Notes: generated by a model from the sequence alone, not told the origin. DNA of 64,000 nt from an uncultured Ruminococcus sp. (GCA_900541505.1 UQKK01000007.1:2650-66649); one strand, 5' to 3'; shown: positions 9,464-19,324, counted from the stretch's first letter. A program made the numbers and translations.

Positions 9464-10771
9464 TTACTGTTCCTCTAAAAACTCCTGTATGCTCTCATCT
9501 TCCCTGACGGTAAATTCCTCCACACTCATCTTACCCTGTGCCAAATCCGGCAGTATCTCCCCCAATGTCTCCTCCTGCAAAATGGTATTCCACTTCACCT
9601 GGTAATTGGGGACAAGCTGCGGATTCTGCCTGTAAGCGGCTATGTAATCCCGCTCTGCCGGAATCATTTCCTCCGGGTCTTTTTCAAACAGTTCCTCCCT
9701 CTGTTCCATATTCATCTGGGTGCGCAGCTTCAGAAGCGCCGCCGCGCCTTCCTTTACATCGTCGCTGTAGCTGGACACCATCGCCCAGCCGAATGTCTCC
9801 GGAGAGGAAATCAGCTTATTCTCCGGGAATGCAGAGAACCGCACTTTCTCCTGAAAGTCCTCGGGAATCTGGTCCATCATCCAGTAACCGTTGGGAATCA
9901 TCGCCGCCTGCCCGGAAAAGAAATTCTCATAGGCAACATCGAAATCCACATAGAGCGCATTGTCCGTTGTATAGGAAAATAATCTCTGCAGAGTCTGCGC
10001 GATGCGCAGCCCGCTCTCATTCTGATAGGTGTCCGGATAAAATTCTTCCATAAATTCCGCGCCTTCCTCCGTGGAAGCCGCCTCCGCCGTGGCAATCAGC
10101 ATAGGAGCCCACGCTGTCCCCTCCGTGTGCAGCGCTAAAGGCGTGATACCCGCATTTTCAAGCCGCTCACAGCAGTTCCAGAACTCTTCCCACGTCTCCG
10201 GGAATGTTTCGATTCCCGCCTGGGCGAACAGCTCTTCATTCCAGAACATGCCCGAACAGGAAAATGCCGCCGTGCTGATGGGGCTTAAATAGATGCTGCC
10301 GTCCTCCTCGCTGCACGACTCAAGTACAGCGGGCTCTATCATATCCATCCACTCTTCGTCCCCGTAAATATAGTCCGTAAGCTCCTCCAGTCTGCCGTCC
10401 TGTATCATCATATAGTAAAAAGAAGGGAGCATCCTCACATCTGTGATGACTGCCGGAAGCGTGTCTGTCACATTCTGCCTCTTCAGATTCTGGCGGTATT
10501 CCTCCTCCGTCTCCATAACCCATTCCACATCTGCCTGCCATGTACCATCATACTTTTGATTGAAGGCGTTGATGACATCTTCCTCGTTGCGGATTCCGGA
10601 CGAAGAGTCCACGATGAGAACGATAGGTATGGATATCTCATCGCTGCCGCTTTCCGTTTGCACTGTCCTCTCTGCACAGCCCGCCGCTGTCAGCGCCAGG
10701 AACAGGGCGGCTGCGGCAGCCTGCAGTTTCCTCGCCTTAAGTTTTCCTATCCTTATTTTCCCCGCCTGCAT
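9464..10771 (-). CDS. Second extracellular solute-binding lipoprotein (possibly the sensing partner of the adjacent HK/RR)
   Basis: Signal peptide plus lipobox (LFLALTAAGCAE). The start is uncertain: ATG at 10771 was chosen; the longer ORF to 10849 overlaps the kinase gene and runs through a repeat tract. Confidence 0.7.
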   Translation of the reverse strand: MQAGKIRIGKLKARKLQAAAAALFLALTAAGCAERTVQTESGSDEISIPIVLIVDSSSGIRNEEDVINAFNQKYDGTWQADVEWVMETEEEYRQNLKRQNVTDTLPAVITDVRMLPSFYYMMIQDGRLEELTDYIYGDEEWMDMIEPAVLESCSEEDGSIYLSPISTAAFSCSGMFWNEELFAQAGIETFPETWEEFWNCCERLENAGITPLALHTEGTAWAPMLIATAEAASTEEGAEFMEEFYPDTYQNESGLRIAQTLQRLFSYTTDNALYVDFDVAYENFFSGQAAMIPNGYWMMDQIPEDFQEKVRFSAFPENKLISSPETFGWAMVSSYSDDVKEGAAALLKLRTQMNMEQREELFEKDPEEMIPAERDYIAAYRQNPQLVPNYQVKWNTILQEETLGEILPDLAQGKMSVEEFTVREDESIQEFLEEQ

Positions 10772-10817
10772 GTTTCGCCCCTGCAAGTTTCCTGCCCCCG
10801 TTTTTCCCGCTCTTCGT

Positions 10818-12614
10818 TTATGCCTGTCCTTTATCATCATTGCGCCCACTCCTTCCGGGAATCTTTATCGTGCACGTCGTCCCCTCTTTATCCGCCTCAC
10901 AGGTAAATGACGCCCCATCTCCGTATTTCAGGCGCAGCCTGGTGAGGACATTGACCACACCATACCCGTGCTTTTTATCCGGGAAATACTCTTTCAATGC
11001 TGAGACCGGAACATCGTTCATCCCATTGATTTTCTTCACCATTTCTTCCTGCATCGGCGTGCCGTTGTTGAACACACGCAAATATAAGTCTCCTGCTTCT
11101 TCTGTCACTGAAATGAAGATTCTGCCGCCCTCAAAGATATCCTGAAATCCGTATTTGACCGCATTTTCCACAAGGGGCTGCAAAATCAGTTTGAGAACGC
11201 TGGTGCCTGCCGCATCCACCTTACAGTCTATCTCATAGGTAAAAAGATTTTCATTGCGAATCTGCTGAATCTCCATATAGCTTTTGGCGTTTTCCAGTTC
11301 CTCCTCCACTGTCACGATGTCGCTGCCTTTGCTCAGACACAGACGCAAATATTTCGAAAGAGCCTGAATCATGCGCATGGTCGTTTCCTCCCCGTTGATA
11401 CGGGCGAGCATATAAATGGTATCCAGCGTATTGTAGAGAAAATGTGGATTAATCTGACTGATAAGCATATTGAGCTCTGTCGTCCGCAGTTCCTTTTCTT
11501 GGTCCTTGATTTCATTCAGCAGCCGCTCGATGTTCTTAAGCATCTCATTGTAGGAGTGTCCAATCTCATCCAGTTCTGTATTTGTGTGCAAATCAATGGT
11601 CCGGTCAAAGTTTGTTCCGTTGAACCCCGTCATCGCCTCCCTGATGGTCTCTATGGGGCTTGTAAATCTGCGGGAGAAATAAATACTCAAGACCACCGCC
11701 ACAACTGCCACAAACAGATAGATTCCCGCCAGCACGAGAAAAATCGGCACAATCCCCTGATTGAGGACCCGGTCAGGCACAAAGGAAAAGACCGTCAGAC
11801 CACTGTTTTCGTCCCGGTACGCGGACAAAACTCCGCCTTTTACCTTTTCCCCTGCAAGCACCATCCCCGCCGCCTGCTTCTGCGCCACTCGCCACGAAAT
11901 ATCGTCCGGCACGCTCTCCCCCTTCTCAAAGTCTTCCGGCGCATAAGACAGGCAAATTTGACCTTCCCCGTCTATGATACCCACCGCCGCCTCATCGGAG
12001 AGCTCCGGGCTCATGCCCGCGATTTCCTTAAGGAATCCGTCCTCCATTTTAAAAAACAACATCCCCGGCTCATGGGCGTACTCCAGACTTCTCACATAAC
12101 GTCCGATAAACAGCGCGTCATCTCCGGTTCCAAACAGTGTGTCCTTCGTCCAGAACCACTCTGTCTTGGCATAGCCCTCTTCCAGATATTTTTCAAATCC
12201 GCTTTCTTTTATCGTCTCATAGGACACATCGGAATAAGACTTGCTGTATACATTTCCCTTATTGTCCACATAACAGTAATCCGCCACATAATCTAAGTCA
12301 AGATAGGCAAAATACTTGCTCAGGGCAATGTGCCTGAAATCTTCCAATCCCTGCGTCTGCAGACTCTGCTGTACCTCCTCGTACAAAATACATTCCGCGG
12401 TCGCCTCGTCTGTCTTGCGAAAGGTATTTTCCAGGGCAATCCCCATCCGCTCTGTCATAAACTCGTATTTGTCAACTGTAGAGCGTGTCAGTCTGTCCCG
12501 CACACTTATGACAACGCCCAGGCTTGACAGAAGGAGGGCGAGCCCCAGAAGGACGCCCGTATATTTTAAATATCTGCGCTGTATACCCGACCTCTTTTTA
12601 CCGTTTTTCGTCAT
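10818..12614 (-). CDS. Sensor histidine kinase (YesM-type)
   Basis: N-terminal TM, large extracytoplasmic domain, second TM, HAMP, H-box (NPHFLYNTLDTIYMLARI), HATPase_c. Confidence 0.85.
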   Translation of the reverse strand: MTKNGKKRSGIQRRYLKYTGVLLGLALLLSSLGVVISVRDRLTRSTVDKYEFMTERMGIALENTFRKTDEATAECILYEEVQQSLQTQGLEDFRHIALSKYFAYLDLDYVADYCYVDNKGNVYSKSYSDVSYETIKESGFEKYLEEGYAKTEWFWTKDTLFGTGDDALFIGRYVRSLEYAHEPGMLFFKMEDGFLKEIAGMSPELSDEAAVGIIDGEGQICLSYAPEDFEKGESVPDDISWRVAQKQAAGMVLAGEKVKGGVLSAYRDENSGLTVFSFVPDRVLNQGIVPIFLVLAGIYLFVAVVAVVLSIYFSRRFTSPIETIREAMTGFNGTNFDRTIDLHTNTELDEIGHSYNEMLKNIERLLNEIKDQEKELRTTELNMLISQINPHFLYNTLDTIYMLARINGEETTMRMIQALSKYLRLCLSKGSDIVTVEEELENAKSYMEIQQIRNENLFTYEIDCKVDAAGTSVLKLILQPLVENAVKYGFQDIFEGGRIFISVTEEAGDLYLRVFNNGTPMQEEMVKKINGMNDVPVSALKEYFPDKKHGYGVVNVLTRLRLKYGDGASFTCEADKEGTTCTIKIPGRSGRNDDKGQA

Positions 12615-12712
12615 TTTTTGTACCTTTTACGATACCCTCTCTGTACAAGCGCATACACGCTCGATAACGAGTAAATTTTGAGACGTGTGTGCCTTGTAAA
12701 GAGAGGGTGCTG

Positions 12713-14305
12713 TTACCCTTCATATTCTTTTCTGTAATCGCTTGGCAGTTTTCCTGTATACTGCTTAAACAGATGAGAGAAATAGGAGGGATTGTGGATT
12801 CCCACCGCATCGCAGATATCCGCGATGCTCCCCTGTCCTGACTCCAACAATGCTTTCGCCTTTTCCATCCTCTGCTGCATCAGATATTTTTTAAAAGTCA
12901 TGTGAAATGTATTTTTAAAAACTCTCCCGAAATAGACCGGATTCAGATAAATATGTGCTGCCACAGACACAATCGACAAGTTTTCATCCTGCAGATGTTC
13001 TTCTATGTAAGCCACCGACTCTGACATATACTCCTTAAAATAGCCTGTCTCATCCTTCTCCGTTTCTTTCTCCCTCGTCTCAATGGCGTTGCACAGAATT
13101 TTATAGCACACATCCACTGACTTCGCGGCACTCAGATTTTCCAGATTATAATAATATCCGCGGAACTTGTCCTGAATCTCCTCCGTCAGCCCATAGGAAT
13201 CCCTCAGCATAAATTCCACCTTGAGCATAGCGCGGTGCAGATATCTGCACTGCTCCTCCTCTTTGTCCGGGAGGTTGTAAATGAGCTGGATGAAAGCCTC
13301 CTTTAATTCTTTTGTGCTGTTCCTGCGCACTGCGTTCACAATGATGTTGTCCATATCCGCGCCGGACTCTTCCGCCGGCGGTATTTCCGTCTCCCCCGAA
13401 GCCGTAAACGCGCTTGCCCCGGATATACTCGCCACCCCGAACAGGCGGCGTGCTTCCATGTAGCTCCGCTTGATACCGTCAATCTTCTTGTACGGTTTGG
13501 AAATAGCTGCCACCACCGGGCTCTTCTCATCCTTTTTCACATGCTCCAAAAGCTGCTTTAATTTTCTGACAGCCTCCTTGTCTTGTGTGCGGATGATAAA
13601 TGCGCTCCCCGACTCTTCCTCCTCTATCCGCCAGCAGAAGAACTCCCTGCCTACCACCTCTTCCAGCTTTTTCATAAGGGCAAACCGGGAAGCCTCGTAA
13701 TCCAGAGAGTTGGTAATCTTGTACGCCAGGTCAATACCTACGTACACCGTGATAAACCTGTCTTCATTTCCCGGCATGTCCCCGAATGTATGGAACACTT
13801 CCTCTACCTTCTCTTCCGGAATCCGGTTCTGTACATATTTCTGGACTACCACCTGCACAAAGCTGTCGCTGTCTTTTACCAGCAGTTTCTCCCAGCTCTC
13901 ATATTTTTCTTCACTCTCCATACGCTCCATGCAGGTCTGATAAGCTCCCTGCATCGTCTCCTTAAGCTTGTCATCCTCAATGGGCTTAAGCAGATAAGCG
14001 TACGCTCCCAAGTCACACGCCTGCTGCGCATAGTCAAACTCCCTGTACGCACTCAGCACAATAAACAGGCACTCCAAATCGGTCTTCTGAATCTCTTCCA
14101 TGACCATAAGTCCTGTAATCTGCTTCATCCTGATATCTGTCAGCACTACGTGCGGCTTCACTTCTTTGATGACCTCAATCGCCTGCTCTCCGCTTTGCGC
14201 GAATCCCGCAACCTCGAAGCCCATGTCCTCCCAGTCATAAGTATTTAAAAGTCCCTGCAGCAAAATCGGTTCGTCATCCACGATAACCAGCTTTAATAAT
14301 CTCAT
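12713..14305 (-). CDS. Response regulator, REC + AraC-type HTH (YesN-like)
   Basis: REC domain (LVIVDDEPILLQGL...LTDIRMKQITGL), C-terminal AraC HTH. ATG at 14305 with a GGAGAAGAG RBS; the ORF-track start at 14317 is a TTG. Confidence 0.85.
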   Translation of the reverse strand: MRLLKLVIVDDEPILLQGLLNTYDWEDMGFEVAGFAQSGEQAIEVIKEVKPHVVLTDIRMKQITGLMVMEEIQKTDLECLFIVLSAYREFDYAQQACDLGAYAYLLKPIEDDKLKETMQGAYQTCMERMESEEKYESWEKLLVKDSDSFVQVVVQKYVQNRIPEEKVEEVFHTFGDMPGNEDRFITVYVGIDLAYKITNSLDYEASRFALMKKLEEVVGREFFCWRIEEEESGSAFIIRTQDKEAVRKLKQLLEHVKKDEKSPVVAAISKPYKKIDGIKRSYMEARRLFGVASISGASAFTASGETEIPPAEESGADMDNIIVNAVRRNSTKELKEAFIQLIYNLPDKEEEQCRYLHRAMLKVEFMLRDSYGLTEEIQDKFRGYYYNLENLSAAKSVDVCYKILCNAIETREKETEKDETGYFKEYMSESVAYIEEHLQDENLSIVSVAAHIYLNPVYFGRVFKNTFHMTFKKYLMQQRMEKAKALLESGQGSIADICDAVGIHNPSYFSHLFKQYTGKLPSDYRKEYEG

Positions 14306-14454
14306 ACTCTTCTCCAATTCAGGACCCGCCGCCCGGAGGCGGAAGTCTTCTAGTGTCTGATATATACACTCATTCTATTTTAACATATTACCTGTATATT
14401 TTAACGGAGTAATTGGAGCAGACTGTAACAAAAAGCATACCTCACATGCCAAAA

Positions 14455-14500
14455 AACAAACTCCTGCGGAATTGCACTTGAAAAGCAGGAGCAGCCGTAT
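14455..14500 (-). terminator. Rho-independent terminator downstream of spoIIID
   Basis: Minus strand CTCCTGC-loop-GCAGGAG followed by TTTGTTTTTT. Confidence 0.5.
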
Positions 14501-14539
14501 CTTAATTCAAGACTCGCTTACTCCTGCTTTTCACTCTTT

Positions 14540-14794
14540 TTATCCATGCTGATGGAGGTATTTCTCTCTCGTAGCAAGTCCGCCCCGTATATGGCGCTCT
14601 GATTTGTTGGTATCCAGAATCTTCCTCGCTTCCCCCGCCAGCGACGGATTTATCAGAAGAAGACGTTCTGTCACATCTTTATGTACCGTAGACTTGGAAA
14701 TTCCAAATTTCTTAGCTGTCTGCCTCACGGTTGCGCTGTTTTCTATAATATAATTTGCAATCTCCACGGCTCTTTCCTCAATATAATCTTTCAA
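14540..14794 (-). CDS. spoIIID: Stage III sporulation transcriptional regulator SpoIIID
   Basis: MKDYIEERAVEIANYIIENSATVRQTAKKFGISKSTVHKDVTERL... is closely collinear with B. subtilis SpoIIID (MHDYIKERTIKIGKYIVETKKTVRVIAKEFGVSKSTVHKDLTERL). Confidence 0.85.
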   Translation of the reverse strand: MKDYIEERAVEIANYIIENSATVRQTAKKFGISKSTVHKDVTERLLLINPSLAGEARKILDTNKSERHIRGGLATREKYLHQHG

Positions 14795-15005
14795 AAAAAT
14801 CCCCCTGAAAACATTGTTTTTACAATGTATGCAAGGAAAGGAAAAGTCATTCTTTATACGGGACAGATTCGGGGATTTTTATATTTTCACCAGCGCAGAA
14901 TAGAATATAATTTATTTTCTATACTTTATAGTGCGAAACCCGCCATCCCGGAGGGAATGGGGTTACGGTGTGCCCTTTAGGGTATGCTTTATCCATGAAT
15001 ACTTT

Positions 15006-15899
15006 TCATGATTGAATTAAATAATCTATCGCATATTTAATTTGCGCCTCTAATTGTTCTACATTCCAAATCGCAACGGTTATATTATTTGTCGGCACAG
15101 TGTTTCTATCAGTACTGATTAAACTTATCTTTTCTTCATATTCATTATAATAAAACCTGTGTTCTTGATTCAGATAGTCATAAAAACCAAGCTCTAGTTC
15201 TCGTGTATTAGACACAACGATGTCTTCACCTGTTTTTTCAGATACATAATTTTTTAAATTTTCAAAAGCAATATCTTTATTAAATACTGCTGTCTTAGGT
15301 TCAAATATCAGTCTACTGTTATCACTGTTAAGATTATATTGATTATTTTGTTCACGATAGATTGCAACTAGACTAATTTCATATGCTTCTCCTTTATACT
15401 GGAAATTGTACCTTTCATAACTATTAAATGTCACATATGACGCCATCCCTTTTTCATTTACAATTTCATATCCATCTCTGTAAGGCTTAATACTCAATAA
15501 AGGGGCTGTTTCTCTATCTTCTATTTCAACCTGTTGCTTTGCTATTTCATTTGACTGAACAGTCATAGAAGTTGTTACCATTGACACTAATACGATTGAT
15601 GTCAAAAGGGTATTGATTGTACCCTTTTTTTGAACTTTATCTATGAATTGACTCAACCTTTCACTTCTAAAGCAATTCACTATGTACATGAGCATTATAT
15701 AGAGCACTAATATAACTATAAGGAAATTATCCTTTAATATTCTTATAAATTTGTTTTCTCCAACAGTAAGAAAATATATGATGGCTATTGTTGTTAAAGC
15801 TGTAGAAATAATTCCTTTTACATTCCAGATAATATTATATCTTTTATCATTGCATTGCATTTTCTCTTTTGTATTCACAAAACTTTTCCTCCTAAACAT
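15006..15899 (-). CDS. Hypothetical membrane protein: three N-terminal TM helices plus a ~190-aa soluble domain, in an AT-rich island
   Basis: Long ORF in a conspicuously AT-rich stretch. Three hydrophobic helices. No recognisable family. Adjacent to a TA pair. Confidence 0.55.
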   Translation of the reverse strand: MFRRKSFVNTKEKMQCNDKRYNIIWNVKGIISTALTTIAIIYFLTVGENKFIRILKDNFLIVILVLYIMLMYIVNCFRSERLSQFIDKVQKKGTINTLLTSIVLVSMVTTSMTVQSNEIAKQQVEIEDRETAPLLSIKPYRDGYEIVNEKGMASYVTFNSYERYNFQYKGEAYEISLVAIYREQNNQYNLNSDNSRLIFEPKTAVFNKDIAFENLKNYVSEKTGEDIVVSNTRELELGFYDYLNQEHRFYYNEYEEKISLISTDRNTVPTNNITVAIWNVEQLEAQIKYAIDYLIQS

Positions 15900-15947
15900 G
15901 AAAAATGGCTATATTGTCCGCATACAATATAACCACATCTTTCATTT

Positions 15948-16259
15948 TTATAAATATTTCTCTGTATCTCTCGCACCATAAAGAAATCTACGCACTTCCA
16001 TCACATCTCCGATAACCACATAATAAATCACATAATTTCTTATATAAATTCGATAATAAGGATATTTTCTTTTTTTCACAGACGGGTATGGTTCAAATGC
16101 CAATGGATTGTTCAATCGTTCCAGTATTGCTGTCTCTACATCATTTATAAGTTTCTCTGCCGCATCTGGATTTTTCAGCACATTGGTAATGTAACTCACG
16201 GTCTGCACAATATCCTGTTCAAACAGTGGCAAATACCGAAGTTTGTATTTTCTATTCAT
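15948..16259 (-). CDS. Type II toxin, RelE/ParE family
   Basis: 103 aa, C-terminal YYRIYIRNYVIYYVVIGDVMEVRRFLYGARD is typical of ParE/RelE. Overlaps the antitoxin gene by 8 nt. Confidence 0.8.
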   Translation of the reverse strand: MNRKYKLRYLPLFEQDIVQTVSYITNVLKNPDAAEKLINDVETAILERLNNPLAFEPYPSVKKRKYPYYRIYIRNYVIYYVVIGDVMEVRRFLYGARDTEKYL

Positions 16260-16512
16260 TATGAACTACACTCCTCACATTTCGGAACACATTCTCATGG
16301 CTTAATCTTTCTTCGGTCGTTTCCGCCACCCTGTCTGCTTCATCCAGTTTCATTTCTACATTATCTACGAGACTCGCATATTCTTGCAGACTTAACACCA
16401 CCATTGCTCCATATCCATTTTTGGTCAAATATACAGGTTGTCCCTCATTGACGAGCATCTCAATCTCAGGAAACTTATTTCTTAAGTCTGAAACAGGTCT
16501 AATCTGTATCAT
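16252..16512 (-). CDS. Type II antitoxin, Phd/YefM family
   Basis: 86 aa, MIQIRPVSDLRNKFPEIEMLVNEGQPVYLTKNGYGAMVVLSLQEY is a Phd/YefM fold signature. Located upstream of and overlapping the toxin. Confidence 0.8.
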   Translation of the reverse strand: MIQIRPVSDLRNKFPEIEMLVNEGQPVYLTKNGYGAMVVLSLQEYASLVDNVEMKLDEADRVAETTEERLSHENVFRNVRSVVHNE

Positions 16513-16748
16513 CTTATTTCGCTCCTTTCTTCTATATATTATCTTAATTTTATCATTATTTTATCATATGTGCAACTCTATATAAAATATCAGGTTTTAT
16601 GGCCTACAGCTTAAGGATACCCTTGTGCTTAGAGAACTTCTCCCGGGTATCTCCTATACTTACGGGCTGGAGTACAATAACCATCTCACCCGCAGCGAGG
16701 AAACCTTTGTCCGTTTCATTCGCCGCAAATTCAGCCAGCTAAAAAACT

Positions 16749-17681
16749 CTACAAAAGTTTTTTGATGTCATCCAGTACTTCCTGATATTTTTTGGAGATT
16801 GCCTTCGGGTTCCTTCTTAAAACCTTTGCAATCCGCTTAAATTCTTTTGTCCCTCTCTCGCTCATCCTGAGCCTCTCAGCGCGGATTCCGTCTCTAAGCT
16901 CCTGCAAATCCGGGAGACCGGCTCCCGCTTCTTTCATTGTCTCTGTCTTGCTCCACAGTTCTTCCAAAAGGCGCTCCTTCGCCTCTCTCAATGCTGCCAG
17001 ATTCTCGGCGAAACGCTCCCGTCTGTTTGATTTCTTCTCTTCTCTCTGTACAAGGTACTGCTGGTATTCATCCGCCGCAACCGCGGAAAGCACATCCAGA
17101 CGTTTCTGCATTCTGCGGATATAGTCCTTGCTCTCCTGCAGTTTTTCCAGTATATCCCGCATATCCATAGCAGCACGGAAAGAAAACGCCGTATCTACGC
17201 CCATATACGCCGTAAATATAAACGCCGCGCCTTCTCCTGCCACCGGGTGCAGGGCGAGCACTGCATATTCCACCGGAATGTGGATTCCCTTTATCATCGC
17301 CACGGAAAACAGCCCCCATCCAATGGACGCCATGGGGCAGATATATCCGTTGAGGTTAAAAGGCTGCCTGCTGTAGTCCCAGTATTTCACCTTGAAAAGC
17401 TTCTCCATGCCCCAGCCGGTAAAATACTCCAGAACCGTTGCCCCCGTCATACCGAAAACAAAAATAAGCACCACATTATCTCTGACCGGAATCGTGCTGA
17501 TAAGGACTGCAAGCGCTCCACATCCATAGATTGGCAGGAACGGACCATTTAAAAATCCCCGGTTTACCCAGCGGTGTTTCTGCACTGACACATAACAGCA
17601 CTCCCAAATCCAACCTATGAAACTGTAAATATAGAAAAACAGCAGCCACTGCCATAATGTATATATCATAAAGCTCTCCAT
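16749..17681 (-). CDS. CmpB-like membrane protein (putative ABC-transporter type IV, PF06541-like) with a ~150-aa C-terminal coiled-coil extension
   Basis: N-terminal YIYSFIGWIWE motif and four hydrophobic segments. C-terminal charged heptad-rich tail (QESKDYIRRMQKRLDVL...LREAKERLLEELW). Confidence 0.55.
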   Translation of the reverse strand: MESFMIYTLWQWLLFFYIYSFIGWIWECCYVSVQKHRWVNRGFLNGPFLPIYGCGALAVLISTIPVRDNVVLIFVFGMTGATVLEYFTGWGMEKLFKVKYWDYSRQPFNLNGYICPMASIGWGLFSVAMIKGIHIPVEYAVLALHPVAGEGAAFIFTAYMGVDTAFSFRAAMDMRDILEKLQESKDYIRRMQKRLDVLSAVAADEYQQYLVQREEKKSNRRERFAENLAALREAKERLLEELWSKTETMKEAGAGLPDLQELRDGIRAERLRMSERGTKEFKRIAKVLRRNPKAISKKYQEVLDDIKKLL

Positions 17682-17738
17682 TCCGCCGCCTCTGTACCTG
17701 CGGCAATGCTCTTTTTAGATTTATCCGCAAATTTCTGC

Positions 17739-18992
17739 CTACATCTCAAGACTATCTTCCTTCAGCAGAAAATCATATACACTCATCGTTGTGATTCCGT
17801 TTTCATCCCGCATTACATTCATTACATCTTTCACCAGAATCATTTTCTTAAAAGAATCTTTTACCTGGAGCAAAGACATTTTCTCCTGCCTTTGTTTTTC
17901 CTCTGTCGGCATGGAGAAAGCGGACTGAATGTAGTATCTCTGGCTTCCCCGATTTGCCACAAAATCTATCTCCAACTGTTTTCTTTCCGACTTTCCCGCT
18001 AAATTCAGTCCCCTCTTTTCTACCAGTCCCACATCTACGGAATACCCCCGGCTGCGAAGTTCATTATAAATAACATTTTCCATAAGATGATTCTCTTCCA
18101 CCTGGCGAAATCCGAGTCTGGCGTTTCTAAGTCCCACGTCTTCAAAATAATACTTCATGGGTGTCCCAATATATTTTCTTCCTTTCACATTATAACGGTT
18201 TGCTTTATGGATGATAAAAGCATCTTCCAAATACTCGATATATTGGCGGATGGTATTTCCACTTATCTTGGATTTAAGCACGCTCTTAAATGTTGCCTCA
18301 ATCTTCGGAACATTCGTAAGAGAACCGACAGCAGAAGCAAGGACATTGACTAAATCTTCCAGTTCCTGTGTCTTTTCGATGCGATGCCGCTCTATGATAT
18401 CTTTCAGATATGTCTCCTCAAACAGCCGGGTCAGATAAGAAATCTTCTGTTCCTCTGTCTTCATCATGGACACAAGGGGAAGACCGCCGTACAGCATATA
18501 ATCCGCCCATCCGTGATATATATCCCCCTCATATACCTGCATAAATTCGCGGAACGTCAGGGGAAAGATATGAATCTCGTCACCCCGCCCCCGGAATTCC
18601 GTAATTACATCCTTCGATAAAAACCGGGAATTACTTCCGGTTACATACACATCCGCATTGTCAATATGCAGCAGAGAATTCAGTACCTCTTCAAATTCGC
18701 TTAAAAGCTGAATCTCATCCAAAAGAATATAATATGGCTCATCATCCTCTATGCATGATTCAATATATTCCAAAATCACATCCGGATTCCGATATTTTCT
18801 GTGTTTCCTTTGGTCGAGCTCAATACTGATGATATGAGACTGCGGAGTTCCCTGTTCCAGCAGATATTTTTGAAAAATGTGAAAAATCAGATAGGATTTT
18901 CCCGACCTCCTGATACCAGTTACTACTTTAATCAGGCGATTATGCATCCGGTCAATCAAATCCTGTAAATATTTATCCCGTTTTATTTCCAT
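17739..18992 (-). CDS. AAA+ ATPase (AAA_14-like) with C-terminal DUF4143 (COG1373-type)
   Basis: Walker A GIRRSGKSY, Walker B ILLDEIQ, C-terminal DUF4143-like region. Start at MEIKRDKY with an AGGAGGG RBS. Confidence 0.75.
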   Translation of the reverse strand: MEIKRDKYLQDLIDRMHNRLIKVVTGIRRSGKSYLIFHIFQKYLLEQGTPQSHIISIELDQRKHRKYRNPDVILEYIESCIEDDEPYYILLDEIQLLSEFEEVLNSLLHIDNADVYVTGSNSRFLSKDVITEFRGRGDEIHIFPLTFREFMQVYEGDIYHGWADYMLYGGLPLVSMMKTEEQKISYLTRLFEETYLKDIIERHRIEKTQELEDLVNVLASAVGSLTNVPKIEATFKSVLKSKISGNTIRQYIEYLEDAFIIHKANRYNVKGRKYIGTPMKYYFEDVGLRNARLGFRQVEENHLMENVIYNELRSRGYSVDVGLVEKRGLNLAGKSERKQLEIDFVANRGSQRYYIQSAFSMPTEEKQRQEKMSLLQVKDSFKKMILVKDVMNVMRDENGITTMSVYDFLLKEDSLEM

Positions 18993-19324
18993 ATCGCCCT
19001 CCTGCATTGTTACTATTCACAGCACCCCACCTATATTGAATATTTTTGACATAATTACCACTTTTATTCAATATCATTATATACTCTCATGATGTATTTC
19101 ACAACCTGTTGTTGTGTGTTGATGTCATCCTTTTCGTAACAGTTCAGCCCGCGCCATTCGTAAAACCGCACTGCGTGCTAACTGCGGCTACCGCCGCTGT
19201 TTTACTCATGAACAGGCGCTCACCTCATACAGATGTCCACTCGCAAAAACATGCAAGCATGTTTGCTTCCTGTACACTGTATGGCTGAACTGTAACCCAT
19301 TTTTCCCTTCCCGCATATTTTTTT

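Noticed and set aside
16586-16748. Reading frame in the toxin-antitoxin / CmpB-like gap as an intact small gene
   Set aside because: The long frame (NIRFYGLQLKDTLVLRELLPGISYTYGLEYNNHLTRSEETFVRFIRRKFSQL*) has no start codon. An alternative 47-aa ATG frame has no RBS. Treated as a probable C-terminal gene fragment / pseudogene remnant only.
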